DNA of 44,299 nt from a virus (taxonomy: Duplodnaviria; Caudoviricetes): positions 1 through 44,299 of IMG/VR virus record IMGVR_UViG_3300044759_000025; one strand, written 5' to 3'. The translations under genes and the position numbers were made by a program. Of the stretch, positions 1-7,349 are shown piece after piece (position 1 is the first letter of the stretch; each line of letters begins with the position of its first letter). The notes beneath the pieces are model-generated. The model worked only from the letters and a program-made list of their open reading frames with translations, had not been told where the DNA came from and did not search any database.

Positions 1-129
1 GACGCCGACGCTCGAATGGTTTCTTTCGATGGCTGAGATTGCGGTGGCTCGCGAGGGCGTGAAAGTCATCCAGCTAGATCCGTGGAACCGGCTGGAAAGC
101 CAGCGCGGACCGAAAGAGACTGAGCCGGA
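1..129. repeat. Terminal direct repeat (circular assembly overlap), copy 1
   Basis: Bases 1-129 match 44171-44299 at 128/129 positions (G127 vs A44297). Confidence 0.97.
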
Positions 130-469
130 ATACGTGGCGCGCTGTCTGCGCGAGGTGGCGGTGTTTGCCAAGGATACGGAAACGCATGTGCAGATCATCG
201 CGCACCCTGCCAAACGCATTGGCCTCAGGCGTGAATTTCCTCCAGATCTAGAGGATGTTAGCGGGGCTATGCACTGGTGGAACATGCCAGACCAAGGCTT
301 TGTGATACATCGCGATAAGGCTTGGGATAAAGGCCACCGCTGCTACGATGCGACGGTTTTCCACCGCAAGGCGCGTTTCGAGGAGTTGGGCTATCCATGC
401 TCGATGGATGTCCGCTTCAACCCGCAAAGCCGCGTGTTTGAGAGCGTGATAACCAACACCAACGCATAG
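1..469 (+). CDS. DnaB/T7 gp4-like (SF4) replicative helicase, C-terminal part (continues from 43737 across the circular join)
   Basis: VIQLDPWN (Walker B-like), IIAHP, DVSGAMHWWNMPD and KARF motifs typical of SF4/Twinkle-like helicases; in frame with the ORF from 43737. Confidence 0.88.
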   Translation, partial: TPTLEWFLSMAEIAVAREGVKVIQLDPWNRLESQRGPKETEPEYVARCLREVAVFAKDTETHVQIIAHPAKRIGLRREFPPDLEDVSGAMHWWNMPDQGFVIHRDKAWDKGHRCYDATVFHRKARFEELGYPCSMDVRFNPQSRVFESVITNTNA

Positions 470-512
470 TTTGCGGTTTCCGCGAACCGGTTTAGCAGGC
501 GAGGTGGGGCAG

Positions 513-1031
513 ATGGGAGCCACGATGTCGCGCGCCGGACGCAAGCGCAAGGTGGGAGTAGTCCGTGGTGCTGGCTGGCGCGAGCGCAGCGAAGACCCGA
601 GCCTGCTCGGCAAGTGGAACCGCGCCAGGGACGCCTGGCTGGAGCTGGGCGGCAATCCGTTCCTGGGCTCGCAGGCGGGCAAGCTGTTCGCGGTCCACAA
701 GTCGCTTGCGCCGCTCGAGGTGGAGGCGGCCTACCGCTGGTGCGTTTTCCTCACGACCTACGACCGGGTGATCCTGAACATGGCGCGCAGCACGCGCGGC
801 TCGGCGCTCGATCGCGCCGGGCAATCGCTCGCCAAGGAACACGATGTGGAATGGATTGCGGCGTTTAGGGGGCGCTTCGATGCGGCGCAGGATGCCGTGC
901 TTGCTGCCGGTCGCCCGGCGCTCACGGCCCTCAACCGGCTCTGCCGCGATGAAGCCTCGCAGGCTGCACTCCCCGAGGCGCGCAAGGGCCTGTCGGCACT
1001 GATTGCGCATTTTCGGCTTGACGCAGGTTAG
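513..1031 (+). CDS. Hypothetical protein, possible late-transcription regulator
   Basis: Basic N-terminus (SRAGRKRK) and GAGGTGG SD before ATG 513. Last gene of the early-right operon (Q-like position). Function inferred from synteny only. Confidence 0.5.
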   Translation: MGATMSRAGRKRKVGVVRGAGWRERSEDPSLLGKWNRARDAWLELGGNPFLGSQAGKLFAVHKSLAPLEVEAAYRWCVFLTTYDRVILNMARSTRGSALDRAGQSLAKEHDVEWIAAFRGRFDAAQDAVLAAGRPALTALNRLCRDEASQAALPEARKGLSALIAHFRLDAG

Positions 1032-1055
1032 TTTCCGTGACGAAATAGAGCCTGC

Positions 1056-1093
1056 AACCCGTCCCGGCCTTCTATGGCTGCGGCGGGTTTTTG
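1056..1093 (+). terminator. Putative intrinsic terminator
   Basis: Imperfect GC stem AACCCGTCCCGGCC/GGCTGCGGCGGGTT followed by TTTG. Confidence 0.5.
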
Positions 1094-1205
1094 CATTTCG
1101 CGAGTACCCGGCCGCTCCCAGCCGGGGATCTGGTCGAGGGCCTGCATCCACGCATCTCGCACGCAGGCCGACCCAGCCCGATGTGGGCCCTCGATCTTTC
1201 TAGAG

Positions 1206-1364
1206 CTACTTGTCCTCGGTGATCTCGGTCGCTGCGACGGTCTTCTCGGTGCCGTCGGGCAGCGTGATGACCTTCTGCTCGCCCTTTGCGGCGTCGAAGC
1301 CCTTGTCGCCCTGACGGGCCGGGGCGGCACGCACAGTCACCTCTTTGCCTTGATAGGTGGGCAT
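1206..1364 (-). CDS. Small hypothetical protein (52 aa, MPTYQGKEVTVR...)
   Basis: Read by hand, below the ORF-track cutoff; strong GGAGGAA SD and GC3-rich codons. Confidence 0.7.
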   Translation of the reverse strand: MPTYQGKEVTVRAAPARQGDKGFDAAKGEQKVITLPDGTEKTVAATEITEDK

Positions 1365-1530
1365 GGGTAGTTCCTCCATTTGTGGGGAAGACTGGAGAAA
1401 CGAGGAAGAGCGGCATGGCGTTCCATGGCCCTAGAATAGCTCTAGAAGCCTCTAGGATGACCGTAGGCGCGTTTTTCTGGCCGGGAGGCAGTCGGATGCC
1501 ACCCAGCCCGGAAAACGCAAAACGAAACGG

Positions 1531-1725
1531 TTAGCTTGGCCAATTGTGGGGTCTGTATCCGGCAAGGTATGCGTGCAAAAGCTTTGCTGTGGTCTCTGGC
1601 ACGCTCTTGGATGCCGGGCCTTCCAGCCGGCGCACGGACTGAGGGTGCATACCGAGCAGGGTGGCAAGCTGGGGGGAGGAGAGGCCGAGCGATTTGCGCG
1701 CGGCCTTGAACTGGGCGGGTGACAA
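1531..1725 (-). CDS. XRE/Cro-type HTH transcriptional regulator
   Basis: LSPAQFKAARKSLGLSSPQLATLLGMHPQSVRRLE is a Cro/C1 HTH pattern; likely TTG start after GGAG. Confidence 0.8.
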   Translation of the reverse strand: MSPAQFKAARKSLGLSSPQLATLLGMHPQSVRRLEGPASKSVPETTAKLLHAYLAGYRPHNWPS

Positions 1726-1726
1726 T

Positions 1727-1885
1727 TCACTCTCCGAGGAAAGCGTGACCGACAGTCTCGCTATCGGTGCAGTATGTGGCGAAGGCGTAGAAGCGGGCAC
1801 CTTTCTGGCCAGAAGCTTCAACCGTGACACGGCGCACAATTATGCCCGTGCTTTTTTCGATGATCTCGACTGTGTAGGTCTTCAT
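1727..1885 (-). CDS. Small hypothetical protein (52 aa, MKTYTVEIIEK...)
   Basis: Read by hand; AGGAGA SD; abuts the HTH gene. Confidence 0.65.
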   Translation of the reverse strand: MKTYTVEIIEKSTGIIVRRVTVEASGQKGARFYAFATYCTDSETVGHAFLGE

Positions 1886-1915
1886 CTGTCTATCTCCTGG
1901 TAAGGGGTGGAGGGG

Positions 1916-2086
1916 CTAGCGCCCCTCCTCGCAGCGGATGGTGTATTCCTTTGAGTGGCCGTGACCGGTCTTTGGGTTGAAGGTGTTGTGGCGGTAGCTC
2001 TTGACGGTCTTACCGGAGCCGGTCGTCCATACGCTGCCGAGGCTCAGTTCGTGGTGAATTCCGTTCTCGTCGATCCACTTGCTCAT
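1916..2086 (-). CDS. Small hypothetical protein (56 aa, MSKWIDENG...)
   Basis: Read by hand; GAGGGAGAG SD; first gene after the leftward promoter. Confidence 0.65.
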   Translation of the reverse strand: MSKWIDENGIHHELSLGSVWTTGSGKTVKSYRHNTFNPKTGHGHSKEYTIRCEEGR

Positions 2087-2111
2087 TTCTCTCTCCCTCT
2101 CTGATAATGAG

Positions 2112-2139
2112 AATGTAGCATATCGCTACAAGGACACAA
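2112..2139 (-). promoter_or_regulatory. Leftward sigma70-like promoter with palindromic operator
   Basis: TTGTGT-16-TACATT on the minus strand, with palindrome TGTAGC-N5-GCTACA (2114-2130) over it. Confidence 0.55.
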
Positions 2140-2181
2140 GAGGGAAAATGCAGGGAAGCCAAATTATTTTCGGAGGCCGTG

Positions 2182-2358
2182 ATGGACCCTGAGCTACCGC
2201 TGCCCCACGGGTCGGCACTTACTCCGCTCGGCGAAGAACTCGCGGAAATGCAAGCCCAGCTTGCCCACATCATCGCGCTCTGCAATGGCCTCGATCGCAA
2301 GCTCGACGACCTCGCCGATCAACTCGGCGTGGATGTCGATCTCACCAATGTCGACTAG
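2182..2358 (+). CDS. Small hypothetical coiled-coil protein (58 aa)
   Basis: GGAGG SD; MDPELPLP...; read by hand. Confidence 0.6.
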   Translation: MDPELPLPHGSALTPLGEELAEMQAQLAHIIALCNGLDRKLDDLADQLGVDVDLTNVD

Positions 2359-2367
2359 GAGGCTCCC

Positions 2368-2589
2368 ATGGACGTGAACATCGGCGGCCTGCTCGGGCTG
2401 CTCATCTTCGTGATCATCGTCGTCGCCATCGCCGCCTGTATCCTCTGGGCAATCCAATACTTCCTCCCCGAGGTCTATCCCCCCGCGCGCATAATCGTCG
2501 GCGTCATCGCACTCATTGCAATTCTCATCCGCGTGGCCGCATTCTTCGGCGTAGCCGTCGCCGCAAACTATTACATCTCAATGGCTTAG
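2368..2589 (+). CDS. Small two-TM membrane protein (holin candidate)
   Basis: Two hydrophobic segments separated by YFLPEVYPP; AGGAGG SD. Confidence 0.65.
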   Translation: MDVNIGGLLGLLIFVIIVVAIAACILWAIQYFLPEVYPPARIIVGVIALIAILIRVAAFFGVAVAANYYISMA

Positions 2590-2602
2590 ATGGTGATTAC
2601 GC

Positions 2603-2947
2603 ATGCCGTTCCAGCCCGGCAATCAAATCGGCAATCTGGGCAATCGCTCCGGCATCCCAAAACGCCCGCGCATCGTCACGCAACGGCTCATTGCCATCCT
2701 CAATGAAACCGACGAGGACAACATCCCGAAGCTGCATCGTCTCGCAAGCGCCCTCTACAATCGCGCCATCGAAGGCGATGTCGCAGCCATCAAGGAAGTG
2801 ATCGATCGCGTGGAAGGCAAAGTCCCGCAGCCCATCGCAGGCGATCCCGACAACCCGCTCGTGGTGGCCTCAGTCATCCGCGAAATCGTAGACCCACAGT
2901 CCAACGTCATAGCGCTGCCCGATGCTAGCTCTTCCAGAGCCTCTTGA
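2603..2947 (+). CDS. Putative terminase small subunit
   Basis: MPFQPGNQIGN N-terminus and EVIDRVEGKVPQ motif; directly upstream of terL. Confidence 0.7.
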   Translation: MPFQPGNQIGNLGNRSGIPKRPRIVTQRLIAILNETDEDNIPKLHRLASALYNRAIEGDVAAIKEVIDRVEGKVPQPIAGDPDNPLVVASVIREIVDPQSNVIALPDASSSRAS

Positions 2948-4235
2948 AGGCCAAAAGCTCCGCATCGGAACGGCCCGCGCCTTCAAGCCGCTCCTCGCTC
3001 CAGCTCGCTACAAAGGCGCATACGGAGGCCGCGGCTCGGGCAAGTCCCACTTCTTCGCGGAAAGCCTCGTGGAAGCCTGCATTCTGCAGCCGGGAACATC
3101 AGCCGTCTGCATCCGTGAGATCCAGCGCACTCTCACCCAATCCGCGAAAAGACTTATCGAGCAGAAGATCGAGGCTCTCGGGGTCGGGCCGCTTTTCCGC
3201 ATCTTTGAGGATCGCATAAAGACACCAGGCGATGGTCTCATCATCTTTGTCGGCATGCAGGACCATACCGCAGAGAGTATCAAGTCGCTCGAGGGTTTTC
3301 GTATCGCTTGGATCGAGGAAGCACAGACGCTTAGCCATCGCTCATTAGCCCTTCTGCGGCCCACGATCCGCGTGGAAGGCTCGGAGATCTGGGCTTCCTG
3401 GAACCCGCGCCGCAAGAGCGATGCAATAGATGAATTCCTGCGGACAGAATGCCCTCCGGGGGCCATTGTCGTCCAGAGCAATTGGCGCGACAATCCTTGG
3501 TTTACCGAGGTTCTCGAGGCCGAGCGCGTCCTCGATCAGCGCCGCTATCCGGAGCGCTATGGGCACATCTGGGAGGGCGAATATGCAAGGGCTTTCGAAG
3601 GCGCTTACTTCGCTTCTGGCCTCAATGCGGCGAAGGCGGAGGGCAGGATCGGCCGGGTCTCCGCAGATCCACTCCTGCCCATTAGAGCCTTCTGGGATCT
3701 CGGAGGATCCGGTGCCACTGCGGACGCAATGGCCATCTGGATCTGTCAATGGATTGGTCAGGAAATCAGGGTTTTGGACTACATCGAGGGGATCGGCCAG
3801 GTTCTCGCCTATTACGTCGATGAACTACGACGCAGACGACACGATAAAGCCATATGCTACCTGCCCCACGACGGAGTGAACGAGAACAACATCACCGGCA
3901 AGCGCTACGAGCAGCACCTACGGGACGCGGGCTTTGACGTGCAGCCGCCAGTGAAGAACCAAGGCCGCGGAGCCGCGGCAATGCGGGTGGAGGCAGTCAG
4001 GCGCATCTTCCCCAAGCTCTGGTTCAATGAGGCCACGACGGAGGCGGGAAGGGACGCCCTGGGCTACTATCACGAGCGCAGGGACGACGATCGGAACATC
4101 GGCCTCGGGCCCGAGCATGACTGGAGCAGTCACGCTGCGGACGCCTTCGGGCTGATGGCTATTTGCTATGAGGAACCGGCTCGTTCTGCGGGCTTTGGGC
4201 GGAAGCTGGTGTATCCAAGGCTCGGGATCGCTTGA
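2922..4235 (+). CDS. terL: Terminase large subunit (PBSX-type)
   Basis: Walker A YGGRGSGKS, Walker B WIEEAQ, coupling motif WNP, nuclease WDLG and HDWSSHAADAF. Confidence 0.96.
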   Translation: MLALPEPLEGQKLRIGTARAFKPLLAPARYKGAYGGRGSGKSHFFAESLVEACILQPGTSAVCIREIQRTLTQSAKRLIEQKIEALGVGPLFRIFEDRIKTPGDGLIIFVGMQDHTAESIKSLEGFRIAWIEEAQTLSHRSLALLRPTIRVEGSEIWASWNPRRKSDAIDEFLRTECPPGAIVVQSNWRDNPWFTEVLEAERVLDQRRYPERYGHIWEGEYARAFEGAYFASGLNAAKAEGRIGRVSADPLLPIRAFWDLGGSGATADAMAIWICQWIGQEIRVLDYIEGIGQVLAYYVDELRRRRHDKAICYLPHDGVNENNITGKRYEQHLRDAGFDVQPPVKNQGRGAAAMRVEAVRRIFPKLWFNEATTEAGRDALGYYHERRDDDRNIGLGPEHDWSSHAADAFGLMAICYEEPARSAGFGRKLVYPRLGIA

Positions 4236-4413
4236 GCGCGGCCTTACGCTCCACGAGTTCGTCGTATGCCGTGAGCCAGGGCTCATCGTAGCCGCGCAGC
4301 GTCTCCTCCTCGACCTCCTGCGGCGTCCAGTGGGTCTGGTGCAGCAGGTGATACAGGCGGCGGACCTCAGCCTTCAGATACGCCATGCGCGCAGCGGTCT
4401 TGGTAATGGCCAT
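4159..4413 (-). CDS. Hypothetical protein
   Basis: MAITKTAA...; last gene of a tightly packed leftward cluster; overlaps the terL 3' end convergently. Confidence 0.45.
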   Translation of the reverse strand: MAITKTAARMAYLKAEVRRLYHLLHQTHWTPQEVEEETLRGYDEPWLTAYDELVERKAALKRSRALDTPASAQSPQNEPVPHSK

Positions 4414-4414
4414 C

Positions 4415-4728
4415 TCATTCCGGAGCCTTCTGGCGGGCGCGGTAGGCTCGCATGCGGGCATTGTGAGTTTCACGGTTCTTGGCGTGCCATTTCTGAAAGC
4501 GCGTCGTCGGCGTTATAACGGAGCCGCGGGCTGAGGCGTTATAACAGGCTCGGGAGGTTTAACAGGTTCGATGCGCCGGCTGGAGGGTGAGCTGCTACTG
4601 CTCATCTGCGTCTTCTCGACGGGCTTGGTGCTCGGCTTCCTCGCTGGCTTGCTCTTCTGAGCGCACTTGTGCTCGTGGACGAGGTGCGCGGGGACGAGTT
4701 CGCCGCATGTGCATCGAAGCATGATCAT
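4415..4728 (-). pseudogene. Zn-finger/basic-tail hypothetical gene with an apparent -1 frameshift
   Basis: MIMLRCTCG...HKC ORF stops at 4513. The -1 frame continues VITPTTRFQKWHAKNRETHNARMRAYRARQK to a stop at 4415, adjacent to the next ATG. Confidence 0.5.
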
Positions 4729-5003
4729 GGCATGGCTTCGATCAGGGCCAGCAGGTCGGGGGGGAGCTGATCCCTGCGCCTGCCGTATCCCTGCTGGCGC
4801 TCCCATGCCGGCCTCGGAGCTTGCCGGCGCTTGCTGGGGATGCCGAAGCGGAAGAGGATGAGGCGGACGGTCGTGGGGGAAATGCCGAAGATCCCGGCGA
4901 CCTCGTTCACTGTCATGCGAGTTGTCAGGAACATGCGGCAGAGGGCGATATTGCGCTCGCGCCATAAAGCCTCTGCTTTGGCCGATGTGATCCAATCGCT
5001 CAT
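4725..5003 (-). CDS. HTH DNA-binding protein
   Basis: ERNIALCRMF...MTVNEVAGIFGISPTTVRLIL HTH pattern; overlapping start/stop with neighbours. Confidence 0.7.
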   Translation of the reverse strand: MSDWITSAKAEALWRERNIALCRMFLTTRMTVNEVAGIFGISPTTVRLILFRFGIPSKRRQAPRPAWERQQGYGRRRDQLPPDLLALIEAMP

Positions 5004-5416
5004 GGCTCTTCCTCTAGAGCCTCTTTCTTGCGGTGGCTTGACCACTCGAAGCCGATCGCCTTGTCCACCTCGTCGGCTTGGGCGCGCAGGTAGGCAGAGA
5101 GGCGGCGGATGGCATCGTCTTCGCCCTTCACCCAGTCGATGGCGCTCTGGATCGTTTTGGCGAAGTCCTGCGTGAAGGACATATCGTCCCAGAGCAGTAT
5201 GTCGATGTGGTAGCTGTCGTCATCCTGCGGATAGAGGTCGATGGGGCCGTGCCGGTCGCGAATGGTGAGCAGCACCAGCTCGATGCCGCGTCTGATGCCC
5301 TTCTCAAAGTCGGTGTCGCCGGTGGGGCAGACCATCCACTCGTCGGAGGTGCCGATAGCGGCGTTGCAGGTTGCCTTGAATTTCTTCTCCAGCGGGTCGT
5401 CTTCGTCGTCGCTCAT
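5000..5416 (-). CDS. Hypothetical acidic protein
   Basis: GC3-rich ORF coupled by an ATGA overlap to the downstream gene. Confidence 0.65.
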   Translation of the reverse strand: MSDDEDDPLEKKFKATCNAAIGTSDEWMVCPTGDTDFEKGIRRGIELVLLTIRDRHGPIDLYPQDDDSYHIDILLWDDMSFTQDFAKTIQSAIDWVKGEDDAIRRLSAYLRAQADEVDKAIGFEWSSHRKKEALEEEP

Positions 5417-5449
5417 GGAGGCCATCATGCCGCTGAAGAAGGGCAAAAT

Positions 5450-5941
5450 CTATAGACCGGAGTGCGGGGATATCGGACGCAGATGCTCCAAAGAGTGGCA
5501 GTTAGGGCAAACGATTATGAGGTTGTCCGTGGCGTTGTTTCCCGGGTTACGGTCTCTATGATGAACACACAGGATTTCAGTATGTCTATTGTAGCCGCAC
5601 ATTGAGCAGCGTTTCCAAGCGCCTCGTCGCTTCATCGCTCGCGCGAAAGATTGCGCAGACACATACGTGATGCGCCGTTCGAACCGATAGATTTCCCTGC
5701 ATTCGTGACTGCAAAATTTCCTCGGTCTCGATGGAGAATGACGTATCTGTTTTTTGCATCGAAGACAGCTACTGTGACGCGGCCGATCTGATCCGCCCAT
5801 TGCTATCGACTTGCAATGGTTGGAGCAATATTTGGCAGTATTCTTTCGATATGCTCGAACATTGAAGTTGGTCGAACAAGTGACGCAGGAGATTGCGATA
5901 CCACTCAAATCGGGGGCCTCCAAGAAAGTTATCAGTAGCAA
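5450..5941 (-). CDS. HNH endonuclease with N-terminal zinc-finger repeats (free-standing homing endonuclease)
   Basis: CxxC...YCSNHC and FCSHEC repeats, then HHRDRNPGNNATDNLIIVCPNCHSLEH; AT-richer than its flanks; start codon uncertain. Confidence 0.9.
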   Translation of the reverse strand: MLLITFLEAPDLSGIAISCVTCSTNFNVRAYRKNTAKYCSNHCKSIAMGGSDRPRHSSCLRCKKQIRHSPSRPRKFCSHECREIYRFERRITYVSAQSFARAMKRRGAWKRCSMCGYNRHTEILCVHHRDRNPGNNATDNLIIVCPNCHSLEHLRPISPHSGL

Positions 5942-5958
5942 TATACAGGAGAAACGCC

Positions 5959-6129
5959 ATGCCAGGGAAAGACGATAAGGGCATCAAGCCCGAAGGCCCG
6001 CGCGAGCCATACGCCGAGCCGGGCGAGAGCAAGGCCGGCAGGGGCGGGATCGTAAGCCCCGGCGGCACGCAGCCGAAGCCCAAGGAAGACCCGCGCAAGG
6101 ACGCCGGGGTTGCGCAGCCGAAGAAGTGA
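5959..6129 (+). CDS. Small disordered hypothetical protein (56 aa)
   Basis: AGGAG SD; MPGKDDKG...; GC3-rich codons. Confidence 0.6.
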   Translation: MPGKDDKGIKPEGPREPYAEPGESKAGRGGIVSPGGTQPKPKEDPRKDAGVAQPKK

Positions 6130-6166
6130 TCTGGCGGCCCCGGAAGGCGGCAGGGCGCGTCACCAG

Positions 6167-6319
6167 GTGCTGCATGAGTTCCGGTATGGCCTTGCGCTGG
6201 CCGTCGCGCTGGTGGCGCTCCTACCGGCGTGCAATGCGCGCTTCTCCTTCATGGAGCCCACCGTAGTCGTGCAGCCGCAGCCCTATCCCTATCCGCCGCC
6301 GGTGGTGGTGCGGCGCTGA
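6167..6319 (+). CDS. Putative small lipoprotein
   Basis: Hydrophobic GLALAVALVAL, lipobox LPA-C, then a Pro-rich tail; start uncertain. Confidence 0.45.
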   Translation: MLHEFRYGLALAVALVALLPACNARFSFMEPTVVVQPQPYPYPPPVVVRR

Positions 6320-6456
6320 AGAGGATCGCGGTCGGCTCCGCACTGCAGACCGCGTACCCCTCCGCCATGCCCCGGCTACACAATGCGCGGTCCGTGAAGC
6401 CAGGCCACTAAGCGGGCGCGCAGACCTGCAGCATAGCAGTCGCTCGAGGAACATGC

Positions 6457-7020
6457 ATGCCGAAACTATCGACCTCCGAGGTGCAAGCGCTGCTCAAGGC
6501 CGCGAAGAGCGATGCGCTGTCGGCTGCCGAAAGCTCCAAGCTCAGCGAGCGGCGCGGCAAGGCCATGGACTATTACCAGGGCGACATGGCCGCCGACATG
6601 CCGGCCGCTGCCGATCGCAGTCACGCCGTCTCCACCGACGTGGCGGATGTGGTCGAGGGCCTGATGCCTTCCATGATGGAGGTGTTCGTCGGCGGCGACC
6701 AGCCGGCGGAGTTCGTGGCGGTCGGGCAGGAGGACGAGAAGGCGGCGCAGCAAGAGACCGACTATGTGAACCATGTATTCATGCAGAAGAACAATGGCTT
6801 TGTGATCCTGTATACCTTCATCAAGGATGCGTTGCTGTCGAAGAATGCAATAGTGAAGGTGTATTGGGAAGAAAAAGAGGAGCACATCGAGGAGATGTTC
6901 TGGGGCCTGCCCGAGGCGGCCTATGGGATGATCAGCCAGAACAAGGACATCGAGATCGTCGAGCACACCGAGCGGGTGGGCATACCCGGCCAGCAGCCGA
7001 TGGAAGAGGGAGCGTATTGA
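6457..7020 (+). CDS. Portal protein, N-terminal part (187 aa)
   Basis: AMDYYQG, RSHAVSTDVADVVEGLMPSMMEVF, QETDYVNHVF and KDALLSKNAIVKVYWE match the N-terminal part of P22-like podovirus portals; AGGA SD. Confidence 0.9.
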   Translation: MPKLSTSEVQALLKAAKSDALSAAESSKLSERRGKAMDYYQGDMAADMPAAADRSHAVSTDVADVVEGLMPSMMEVFVGGDQPAEFVAVGQEDEKAAQQETDYVNHVFMQKNNGFVILYTFIKDALLSKNAIVKVYWEEKEEHIEEMFWGLPEAAYGMISQNKDIEIVEHTERVGIPGQQPMEEGAY

Positions 7021-7349
7021 TGAGGCGCAAGGACAAGGAGCGGCTGCTCGAACAGATCGTCGACCGGCAGGAGAGCCTCGACCGTGTGCGAGAGGACAAT
7101 GCGCGGCTGCGGGATGCGCTAGCGCAAATGAAGGCCGAACTGGATCTTGCGAAGCATGAACTGAAGGTCGGGCGCAGGATACAGGACGACTACAGTCGCA
7201 TGTCGGATCGGCTCCACGAAGCGCGGGCGGCGGCGAGCATCGCCAGGAGCAACCAGAAGATCCTCGAGGAGGCGCTTGCCAGCAAGAAGGCTGGCGATCC
7301 CAATTGGGAGAACGTGGCCGTCATGAAGATGCGCAAGGCCAATTACTGA
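7020..7349 (+). CDS. Coiled-coil protein (109 aa) lying between the two portal halves
   Basis: ATG overlaps the portal-N stop (TGATG), and its own stop overlaps the portal-C ATG (TGATG); heptad-like helical sequence. Confidence 0.75.
   Translation: MRRKDKERLLEQIVDRQESLDRVREDNARLRDALAQMKAELDLAKHELKVGRRIQDDYSRMSDRLHEARAAASIARSNQKILEEALASKKAGDPNWENVAVMKMRKANY

Noticed and set aside
7021-7348. Intron or IS element within the portal
   Set aside because: No P7/P9 or group II domain V features, no terminal repeats and no nuclease or transposase motifs are visible.
6453-7349. 298-aa ORF from the track
   Set aside because: The first about 189 codons are an alternative frame of portal-N; only 7020-7349 looks coding.
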